Positions 24,835 through 36,800 of a stretch of DNA of 64,000 nucleotides are shown here, in pieces. The stretch is from Bugula neritina (taxonomy: Eukaryota; Animalia; Bryozoa): NCBI GenBank assembly GCA_964035545.1, contig OZ037765.1:33603504-33667503 (forward strand), in the 5' to 3' direction. The notes below the pieces were generated by a model. That model was not told the origin of the DNA. It saw only the letters and a program-made list of their open reading frames with translations, and made no database searches. Numbering within the stretch: position 1 is the stretch's first letter; every line of letters starts with the position of its first letter. A program made the translations under genes and the position numbers.

Positions 24835-26700
24835 AATCTGGTGGATACAGCGGGTGCCACTTTCTCTTCTCCCAGCTTTATATTCTATTCCACAAAACAA
24901 AAGGACAGAAGAAATTAAAAGTATAAGGACTACATAAATATAGATTTTTATAAACATAAAATAGTAATAATTCAATATGAAGAACTGTTACATTGACACT
25001 GGTGTTAACAACAGGTTAAATTATAGTTCAACGTGAAGTTTATATATATTCCAATCATGCATGGTGATTTTTCTGAGAAATCAATAGCTTATTATGTATT
25101 AAAAGTTTTTAAAATCACACCACAATTATGTATTCACTCAGCATGCAGTAGTATGCATAGCTCGGGTTTCAAACTATATTGGAGATTATTCTCTTTACTG
25201 CAGTGAATAATAGCTAAACTTAGAAGTTAACCCTTGTTGTATATAATCTAAAAATACTAAATCAACTATTAAATTGCAACCTTGCAACTATTACGTAACT
25301 TCCTGTAATTACGCAAGACAGGGGGATATGTTGATTACATCTTCTTGTATTATATAGAGATAAATGTCTCCATATTGCCCTCTTTACAGTCAACTGGTGA
25401 CACAAACCTTGGAATATATTATATGATATTCAAGAAAGTGTGAGTCATATGCTCAGTATTAACAAATAAACTAGGTTAATAAATCTTCAAGATTGATATA
25501 CACATAACAGGATCAAAAACAATGTGAATTTTGGACCACACGGAGAGGTTTTCACATACCTACAACCAAAACTTCACACATGCAGAAGGCGAGAGAGCTG
25601 TGGACAGCGGATAGGTTGTTCTCCCGTGCAGTGACTCAGATGCTGTTTAGGGTGAAGTTATACAAACATGCTGCTTGTAGATGATGTAGTGAATCTAATG
25701 ACTTCTCAAGAAGCTGGTGGCATTGTGAAAGACATTATATGATGCAGATTGGAGAAGACAATTTCTTTGTTATTGAAGTTACACTATATACATTCCAATA
25801 ATAAGTTTAAATAGAAATGGAACAACCGAGTACTCGTGACTATGGTTTAGCTTTTACTGCAAACTATCTTTGATTCTGCCTTATGAGGCATAAATGACAA
25901 AGAATATGTCAATATTTGCTATACATTTACAAGATATAAGAAATATGGACTTGCATAGAATGATTATAGGACTCATTTTTTACTTTTTCCCAAAAAACAA
26001 TTGTGCAGAATATAAAATACCAGCCACAACTATTCTGCCATATGCTTGCATGAGTTCTCTTTATCACTAGAAAATTTTTTGGTTAGAGAAAGTGTTATAA
26101 GAAAAGGTAGACAACTCTACATGTTTAATAAATACTTTCTACTCTTGCTGGTAAAACTAATGGGAAGAGCAAGTATCTATGACTTTTTAATAGAATTTAT
26201 TATAGTAAAAGTACAGATGTAAAACAAAGCTCTAGTGAATCAAATGATATAAAGTATTTTGTACTACTATCTAAGACCTAAGTCAACTCTACAATATAGT
26301 AGAATACCATGCAAAACATGCATAGAAACGTTAGTTGAAAACACAAAACATTATAAAAACATGTAATGAAACACACTCATAATATTTCTATAGCAAATTA
26401 GCAACTGAATAGAAATAGTGTAGACTTGATTTGATTAAATAGCAGATAATAAGCGTGATATATAATCAGTACTCTACTCATTGCCATAGAATAATAAGAA
26501 ATAATATGAAACTGTGTAATAATAAAGTATATGTATACTGTCTCTAGTATATATCAGACTATCAGCTATAGTGTACTCTACTTTACAGCTACAAGTTGAC
26601 ACTAAGTACTCATACTCAGTGACTGACACATCAGCTGAGGTTAGCAACTCTTCAGAGTTATAAGTCAAGTAATCAAAAACTCTTCTGATGTCTAGACAAT

Positions 26701-27800
26701 CTACTCAGTATCTGGACAGACTTTGTATTTAGGAAACAATAAAACCTTTCTCAATCCAGTGAGAGTCTTTGTTACAACTGGAACCTGCTGTGTCATGTGA
26801 CTATGTTTCTCAGCCAACTTTTTAGTGACCTTTTTGACTCTCTCCTGTACCTGTAATAATCAACATGGTTTATATAGAGACACCATAACAATACATATAT
26901 AGCTTTGTTTCTAACTTGAGGAATTAATGAGAATGCATTGGTTCAATAATTTGGGAAACTGCTATATAGATAATTTGAATATAAACATTGTGTACTGGCT
27001 GTATATAGGGGCCAATAAACATGGTATTAGTCTTATTTAAATATTTCTTTTTCAACTATGCTTACATAGATAAATAAAGATATAAAAAGTGCAGTGGCAC
27101 ATGACACACATCACATGCAACACATCACATGGCACACGTCACATGCAACACATCACATGGCACACATCACATGACACACACTACATTAAAGCAGAATAAT
27201 ATATGACTTACGATATCAAACAGAGAAGCAAGATCTCTATGAGAAGAATGTTTGTACAGAGTTTTAACCAACTCTCTGATGAATGGACTTCCATAGTTTG
27301 GATCTCGTATAGAATTTCGACCTGAAAAAAAATTAGTTCTTTCAAGGTTTAAAAGAGTTGACATGACACTAATATACTTGAAATACATCACTGCATACAC
27401 TCTACATTTTAGGCTTAAACTACATATGATGAGTATTAATGGTCAGCAAGAACAGAAAACATAAATTATGAGGCACTTATGCTAAATAAGAGTTTTATAG
27501 AAAGTAATATCAGTATTTCTATTTTAAGATAAAAGTATTTAACAGCCCGAACCTCAGCAGCTAGTCATCATGCAGAGAATACCTACAGCTACCAACATAT
27601 AGATGCATATATACACAGTATCATCAGTTACAAGTAGTTGAATGATTTACCATCAAAGCAAGACTGCAGTATCAACAGATCATCAACATTCAAGTCATTC
27701 CGTCTGCTTGTAGTTTGTTGAGTTTCCTGTTGAGTTTCCTGTCTGGTTGAACTCTCTCCAGACTCAGCCTCTACTCTCTCTATCTGGGCATCTGTGGCAG
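26701..27800 (-). CDS. Gene A caspase inter-subunit linker and small (p10) subunit exons (27651-27800, 27212-27321, 26701-26850)
   Basis: DDLLILQSCFDG|RNSIRDPNYGSPFIRELVKTL...HRDLASLFDI|VQERV...QQVPVVTKTLTGLRKVLLFP matches the caspase p10 pattern (D.L...S...G..S.R....GS.FI..L; Q.P....TL.K.L.F). Confidence 0.88.
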
Positions 27801-30800
27801 CTACACATTCCAATAACGATATTTTATAGATGTAAAAGAAACACTACTCTATCTATTGTATCTCTCTACTGAGAACTATACAATGTTCAATGTTCAGTGC
27901 TATACAAAAAGTTCTGAATATGAAGAAGCAAACTAGTTTATTCACAGAGAGACAACATATATCTTTCAGAGATTTCAGTAAACTGCTCATATGTTACAAA
28001 TATATGTTACAAGATATGAGTAGCACTAACATATTGTATGTACAACTCACCACTTCTACAAGCTACCACGATCACCACTTTAGGTTTCCCAGCCATGTGC
28101 TTGAAGTTGTCGGAAGACAACAAATCAAAGACATTGAGAAGCTTCACTGGTTTCACATCAGTTCCATAGAGAACTCCATGAGCACCAAATGTTCCACCAT
28201 GAGACATGAGTACAGTGACATGCATACCATAGTCTTCATTGTCAGGGCGTTGAATCTCATATTTGATATCCTTCAGCATTTGCTATCACTGGATTCAATA
28301 TATATGAAATAAGTGTGAGAATAATAATCAGCATTATATTGAGTTTGTGTTATTATGTACGTGTTAATGGAGCTTATATATATAGATGACAGAAATTGAT
28401 TGACATAAAGATTTCTGAAAGAATCCCTGACAAATTTTACTCATGCAGTGGTAAAATATTATTATATATATTAGTTTTTATCTACATTATGTTTAAATAT
28501 TGTATGTCTAAATAAAACTTATTTTGTAATGGATTTTGTCAGAGTATGTGCTGAAATGATTTGGGATTTCTGATCACTTAGAAAAGATGTTTCTGGTTGG
28601 CTTTGACTTTACCGTTTCTATAAAACCTATACTAATTATAGCTAACTTTCATTGCATGCTATTTTTAGCTGCTAAACTGAACAGCCTAACCACTGAAATA
28701 GCTTGAAAGTTCAAACTTTGAACTTCCAATTCATATTAGTAATTAGGCTGTGCAGTGCAGCAGCTAAAAATGACATGAACGAAAGTTAGCTATAATTAGT
28801 ATAGGTTTTATAGTAGTGGTAAAGTCAAAGCCAACCAGAAACGTCTTTCCCAAGAGATCAAAAATCCCAAATCATTTCAACACATACTGACACAAAATCC
28901 ATTATAAAACAAAATTAATTAGTTGGGCATACAACCTTATAACATTATTTAAATGAAAACTAATGTATATAAGTATATTTTACTACTGCATAAGTAAAGT
29001 GTGTCAGAGATTCTTCAATATATATCATGCTAGAGGACTTGGCTATAAAGTATACTTATGTGATGTTAATAATGGAAGCCAGTTCACCTCAGCTGTTCTA
29101 TTATATTTCACATCAACTTCAAAGTCCAGATTTCTCAGTACTGCTAGAGTATTTGTTACATCCACATTGGAACCTGTTCTCTTTAGCTGAGGATAACCAT
29201 GGAAGACATTGTTGTTGATAATCAAAACTTTTCCTCTGGCAGTCTCACTCATTCTGTACACCTGGGGGATGGTAGCAATTGCTGGTGTGATGTAAAACTT
29301 AATATTTCAGGTTTACATTGCAACAAGTTAAATTTTTGTGGCACAAACACAAATCCTTGCACTAGCTGTTACAGAACTTGTAAATTATGAAATGCAGAGC
29401 TTTTTTGGCATATAGATAACTCCCAGCTCTAATTTTGGGCTATGTGGCAACCGGTGGGAGGGGATGCGATGAAATGCACAGTTACAGTATTACTTCACAT
29501 GTAAGAAATCTCACTCACTAACCACAATAAAAAACATGCATATATCTCAATTATTCAGTGTTACTTGTTGAGAATAATAATACACAGGTTTATGTTTTTC
29601 AATCTAAAGTATTTTCTGAGTTAATTTAAAAAATAATAACAGCTTCCATCATGTTACTGAAATCAGATTTAGTGCTGATCAGATAATGCTCAGTCTGAAA
29701 ATGTGTATGGAGGTACCTTGTTAGAATAGAATAATTGTTTAATGTCTTCTCTTCTGGTTGTAGAAACCTCCATCTTGACATTGTGTTCTTCTTCAGGAAG
29801 GAAGAAATCTTTATGATCAGAGATATCACTCTCAGCATCAGATTCAACTTGAGTCTCATCTAAGAATATTACTAAGTAGTGTACTATAGGATAGATTGCA
29901 TTTCATCTAATTAGGCCAAGCTTCTCAGGTATTAATTATCAACACATATGATAACAATCATTTACATAGTTCTAGGATATGAAATCTGAGGTATGCTAAC
30001 ATGTAACTGGTTAGCTATATAGGACACACTAATACCATAAGAGTACTAGAATAGCAATTACCTTCAAAACTGCTAGACTGTTCATATTTGCTAAGGAATT
30101 TTGAAAGATCTTCTTTTTGTTCTTTAGACAAACTGGGGACTACAACGAATAATATGACTAAATTGATAAACACACAACCATATAATATTATAAACTAAAC
30201 ATAACCTTAGTCAATTAACATAACAATAAATAAATACATTAGTATATAAATTGTGAATATAGTCAACCAGAACGTGGTTGTAGTATGTGATACTCACAGG
30301 GGTTGAAGAGACACTCAGGTACAGAGGGATCTTTCTTGCATGTGAAGTGTTTAGTGTCAGATGAGTGGAGAGAAGACTTCTCTCTTTTGCCATGGTACTG
30401 GACCCAGGAGGGATTCATGAGTTTGGAAGGGTGGCGGTCCTCTTCTAGCCCGCAGTGAGGACAGAAGAATTTGCATCCTATTTTACAGGCACGCCATCTG
30501 GTCTCAACGTATTCAATAGAGGAATTAGTGATGTCAACCAGAACTTCCCATGCTCTGCATACTTGACTGGAGTCAAAGGAAACACAGATGTTTACTATTC
30601 CTGACTTGTAGTCATGTACCAGCTGATAGGTTACATCTTTGTTCACCACACGAGCTCCATTATTTTTGGCTGTTATGGAGTCTGACTCTTGAGAGAAAGA
30701 ATTGAGCATGTCTACAGCAAGCTGGTGGTAGGCATACTGTGGTAGTGGAAGGCCATCAAAACGTAGCTGAGCATGAAAGGTGACGCAACTCCTTGTGTTA

Positions 30801-33800
30801 GGTAAGTTGTCACTAAGGAACTCCTTACAGAAGTATGGCACAATGAATGAGCTTTCCTCATTGTTTAGCTTAGTGTGATACATTATTCTGAATGTCAGCA
30901 AAATGTTAGCAGCAACTCTCATGGCAGCATTCTCAACAAATTCCGTCTCTGTTTGTAGCAAATGTTCAAACAGCTTACCATGCATGATTCCTGTTGAAGT
31001 AAATTTATCTGCAAATGACCTGTATTCATCCAGAGTAAGAAGTTGTTGCACAGCCGAAGTGGAACTGCTAAAATCTGACAGACGCCGCTGCCAAACTGTG
31101 TCATCATGAGTGAACAGAACTTGCAGGAGTGAAGTGACTGTGGGGATGCGATAGAATATGTAAGGACGCAAGTCCTCATTATTCTTGTACCAGAGCAGCA
31201 TGCCACAGTTGTGCATGTATGTCAGGATGATGTCAAGTTGATTTTCGGTTAATGAGATGCTGTCGGAAAACTGGCTGAAGATGTCTTGGAATGACTTGTA
31301 ACCTTTGTCAAACTTCTTCAAGGCTTGTTCAACTTCCACCCAGGTTCTTGGTATTACTTTCACAAACTGCTTACTCTCTCTCAGCAGTCTCTCTCTCAGC
31401 TGTATGAAAGCTTCACAGTAAGCACTTCCAACCTTATAAATATCTTCAGCTCTGAACATATTCTTTCCTTCAAAATGTTTAATTGTTGAAAAAGCACCGC
31501 CATTTTTCCACTTGCTCTTTTCATCGCGACTGATGATTTTAAAAACATGCTTTGTGTGATGGAAAAAATGATCTTCAATCTCTTCAACCTCGCTTTCATC
31601 AATCTTATCCAAATGAGTCAACACTAAGGTAGGAGGTCCAAGGTTAGGGTAGGTCAGGTAGAGATGTGACAACCAATCAAAATACAGTCGTCTCACTGCC
31701 TCATTACCACCAATATCATGCTGCAGGGCTTCATACTGCTCCAGACTGACGACAACTATTGGGATACAATTTGGTTTCAAAGTAAACCGATATGTCGACT
31801 GATAGATTTCATGACCTCCAAAGTCAATGAATCGCAGCACATCATTATCTACACAAACATCTTCCATTTTGAACACAGGAGTTGTATCATCATCAAGTCC
31901 ACCATTTACTCTGTGAGTAAGAACTCTGGTTCTATCTGTACTCTGTAGTGTCTTAATCAGACTAGTCTTGCCAGACATAGTCTGACCAATAACAGCAACA
32001 GTTACCATGGAAACTTCTACACTGTCACCGTTTCTAATGTCTGTGTAGTATTGTTTGATAGCACCTGCTCCTTGTTGACAAACTTCATATGGTGGTGAAG
32101 CCAATGACACACAACCCTTAGCATCTATATGTGTTAGTAGAGGCATGTCAGCTATCTCTGGTGTCAGAACTTTCAGAGATTTATTTCCACTGAGGTTAAG
32201 ACTTCTCAAGCTAGATAATTGGCTGAAGTTATCAGGTAAACATGTGATCTGGTTTTTTGTCTCCTGATCTTCTAGAAAACTTGCATTGGAAATATTCAGG
32301 TGCTGGAGGTTTGATAGGCTCACAATACTATATAAATAGAATTTTTTTCAGTAATTAATATTATAATTCAGTCAAAATTATATGAGAGAAAAGTTTTTTT
32401 TCTAGCTCTATATAAATGCAAATAATAAAATTAGATTATAACTTACTGACTTATCCTTATTTCACTGTACCAATATAGTATACATTAGTATACATATTAG
32501 GGGTAACAGGGCAAAACGGGCCAAAATTTGAATTTTTTACTCGCATTCGTCTGTTTTTCAAGTTTTCAAGTTGCCGGGGCAAAATGGGCCAGTTTTTAGT
32601 AACATGTGTTACAAAATTCCAGGTGACTTTGTTTCATGAACTGTAGTTAAGGTGGCTGAAGCTTGTGGCTGGAGTGTGGAAATGCTGCGGGGGGGGGGGG
32701 GAAATGAGCAAATCATAATTTATTTATTTTAATCAAATACATGTATATTCTCTCAGTGGTGTAATAAACAATGAATATCATGACTATCTACTAGTAGCAA
32801 CAGCAGAATGTTTTGTATGAAATATACATTGGCGAAGTTATAATCTCACCAGATGTATGTATTAGGGGAGCTTCACCTTGTAGTTTGGTAGTCTTACCAT
32901 GATGTTTTTGATATTTTACAGAAAGAAAGTCAGAAATGGCAATATCTATAGATTTCATTAATATTTCAACTAATTTTTTGGGCAAACAAATTAATAACAG
33001 TAATTAAGGTGCAATAGTCAGGTGGCCCATTGTGCCCCTATCAACGTGCCCCTTTGTGCCTCTTGTGGCCAAGGTGAAAATAAATGTGGCTCAAGGAAAA
33101 TTTATTTTAGAACTTGCTATTATACCAGTTAAACAATGTAGAGACAAGCAATGGCAACAATATCAGTAGAACCTAGGTTTGTTACCTTTGAGTGCAAAAA
33201 GTTACAATGGCAACAATATCAGTAGAAGCTAGGTTTGTTACCTTTGAGTGCAAAAGTTACAATGGCTGAATAATTATAATGTCATTACCTTTTTATTAAA
33301 AAAATCACAACTCTAAGTCATTAAGTTCTTGCACAATTTGACCCGCTTTTTTACCCCTATGACCATTGTGCCCCTCCCCCACTGCCCCTATACACTACTA
33401 TACGTAGTATACATTACTATACATAGTATACATTACTACGCATAGTATACATTACTATGCATAGTATACATTACTATGCATAGTATACATTACTATACAT
33501 AGTATACATTACTATGCATAGTATACATCACTATACATAGTATACATTACTATACATAGTATACATCACTATACATAGTATATATTACTATACATAGTAT
33601 ACATTACTATACATAGTATACATCACTATACATAGTACACATTACTATACATAGTATATATATTACTATACATAGTATACATTACTATACATAGTATACA
33701 TTACTATGCATAGTATACATTACTATATACATAGTATACATCACTATACATAGTATACATCACTATACATAGTACACATTACTATACATAGTATATATTA

Positions 33801-36800
33801 CTATACATAGTATACATTACTATACATAGTATACATTACTATACATAGTATATATTACTATACATAATATACATCTCACATAAATTATAATGATTACTAT
33901 AGTCACAATAATATCCTGTATAAAGCAGGGAATCAACACAAATATGCTGTGTTACTGTGTGTATTACAACTATAAAAATGTTTAAATTAATTAGGAATAT
34001 TTCGCTAGTCTGAATAATTTCCTCCAATGTCATGTCAGAGGGAGCCTCTCTAAATAAGCACACCCTTACCATTTCATTTTGTTTAGAAGTAACCTCCATT
34101 TATCTTTCACTAATTACACTTCAAGAAGGGGGCCACACAGTTTTTCTTATAAATTGAGACTTTTAAGGGTCCTAATTAATCTGTAAAAACCCTAGACTGT
34201 TCTCTGCACCCAGGTAGCCACAAAAGCATTTCAAACTTTCAAAGGAGTTGTTTTCCCCTAATTTTGTATAAACTGGTTGAATATCTTAAAAGTAATGAGA
34301 CTCATGAGCAGGTTAGTCTGGACTCTAGAGGATATTTTGGAATTGAACAATTGAGTTTTACCAACGAATTTAAACTGAACCATATTATGCTTTATAAGCA
34401 ATGTTTTCAAAAAAGTTCTAATGATTAAAATGCATACTTTTTATACTGTTTTAATGATGACTTCCAAGATAAAACTTATTTAATTCAGTAAAAGTTATAA
34501 AGCAAATACTCTAAAGCTTTGCTATAGTTGAAAATACATAATATAATTTTAAGCCACCGATTATATAGAAAAAAGATCTGGTGGTCTCTCATTCGAAGAT
34601 CACGGGCAAGTACATCTTGTGTCACGTGTTACAAAACAAAATAATTTAATACTAGAAAACTAGGACAAGCTGTTCTAGAATGTAGACTGCCTGAGTAAAC
34701 CAGAAAAACTAACACCAGGTATTATCCAAAGTCTGAACGGGTTAATTGTCACAGACCTATAAACACAATTAAGCTAAGAGTTACCTAAGCATGTATTGCT
34801 GTTTAATATGCTCTATTCCATTCTCTAACAAAGGTGACTCAATAAAATTGGCAGCTTTATCCACAAAAACGAACTTATGCTGCACATAAAATATTTATCA
34901 GACAGCCACCAAGAGAAGGGCAACAATTGCTTTTGTCAATGCACCATTTCCAGATTATTATTAGTCTGGCAGAAAAATGCCAATTTTTGACTTAGGTTCG
35001 CAATCCCAGATAAAGTTTTTTTCTCTCCTGATTATTCAAATATAGGGTCTAGGTAAATGTTTCCAGGTGGGTGTGGACTTCTTACCCTTGAGCATTTCGA
35101 GAAATTCAAGATGGCCGCCAGGCACCAAACGATTTTTTCTAATTCAAATGTACCTACCCATTGGGGCTAAATTTAAAGTTCCAATGCTTTGAAATCTTTA
35201 GAAATTAATATAATAAAGATGCATGTGCCTTTATCATAATATGTATTATTGAGTAATAGGCAAATGATACCCAAGGGTAACTAAGCTAAGCCTTAATCAT
35301 TCATTTTTTCAAGTTTAACCTAGCCTTGCCGTGTTTATAATTTCCTTGCATCTCTGCATCAGTTTGTTCTAACTTTATGAAAATTTACTATATGGTGTGA
35401 TTTTATATGCTGATTACAAATATGTCTACCAAATAAAGTTGAAAGGGGTTCTGCAAACTTAAAATGCAACGTCATTGCCATATGAGCTAAATAGCAATTT
35501 ATTTCCAACTGGCATGCCTATCGAAAAGGTTTGTTGAACTGCCAACCTAATAGTTATTTTCAGTTTTAAAACTTTAGCTATTTTTTTTAAGTTATAAAAA
35601 GGGGTCAACAACCTTAATAACACAGCACCATGGCTTCTTAACATAAGTTAATTGCTTTATTATTGTTGCATCATTTATCTAAATATTGACATTTTTGCTT
35701 TCGTAAACTATTTCTACAATCAGCACATTTCACTTTTCCTCTAAAAGCATTTGTAAACAGTTTTTTTTATGAATGAAAATGTATTTCATACTGAGGGAAG
35801 TAATACATCTATTAGAACAGTTGTTCCATACCTTTTTCATACCAATCCCCTTTCATTAACGTTCACTATTAATTTCTCAATTTTTAATGACCTATGTTGG
35901 GTGCACTGAAACACTAATAGCTGAAAGTGATTTGGTAGAAGTAGTTAATTCTACTTTTGGTAGTTTCTCAAAAATGCTAAATAGAAAAGTTTCCCTAGAA
36001 TGTACAAGATCTGAGAATATTGGTGGGAGAACTGTTAAAGCCAGTCTTGATGAAAGTGTAATCACTAGCATGAAGAAGCTTGAAAAGATGTTGATTAAGA
36101 TTGCAGAGAGCTCAAGAACAGCAAAACTGTGGGCCATGTGCTTTATTGGACCAATTTTTACCATCAACACCCACATCATAGCTGTTAGAGAATGAGACTG
36201 GGCCTTACACCTAGCAATGGAAGAGGAAATGCACTATCTGCATAGCGTGAAAGTCATGCCCCATGATGTAAGGATTGAATTTGCGGCTGGTAACCACACA
36301 ATGCATCATAAACGCGGCCAGCTCGACGGCATCTGGTTGGACATGACCATTGAGGTGACCTTCGTAAGATTTGGTCACAGCAAGGGGGAATCATTGGCAT
36401 CACCGCTAAATCTGAAACTCTCAAGGTGTGGGTGTACAGCACTTCTGCATTGCATGCAACAAGATACAGTATGGCCGCAGTGACATCAGGGATGAATCTG
36501 AAATAAATGCTTTCACTACTCATAAGGATGAGATGCAATCAAGAATCCAATCTGAGTCTGTCAAATGGAAGATTGAACTCTGCAATGACCCACTAAAAGA
36601 ATGATGCCACCCAGTTGCTTTTGTCAATATTGAAGCAGATAAGTGCAACTGAGATGAGGATGCTTCGAAACATTTACAGTATGAATTGGGAAGACCATGT
36701 AACAAATGATAATATAAAGGAGGAGGCCAAAATAGAAGCTATCGCAATAGACATGAGGAGGAGACCTCTTCAATAGTATGGACATGTGCGCAGAAGAGAT

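Noticed and set aside
29626-29859. MRLKLNL... 77-aa ORF (and 56237-56470) as a separate conserved gene
   Set aside because: Its ATG is the first bases after a splice acceptor. The phase-compatible exon reads in another frame and links COR to caspase.
30263-32323. Stand-alone intronless ROCO genes (also 56952-59039)
   Set aside because: Both have an acceptor at the start and a conserved GTGAGT donor just before the stop, phase-matched to neighbouring exons. A short read-through isoform is not excluded.
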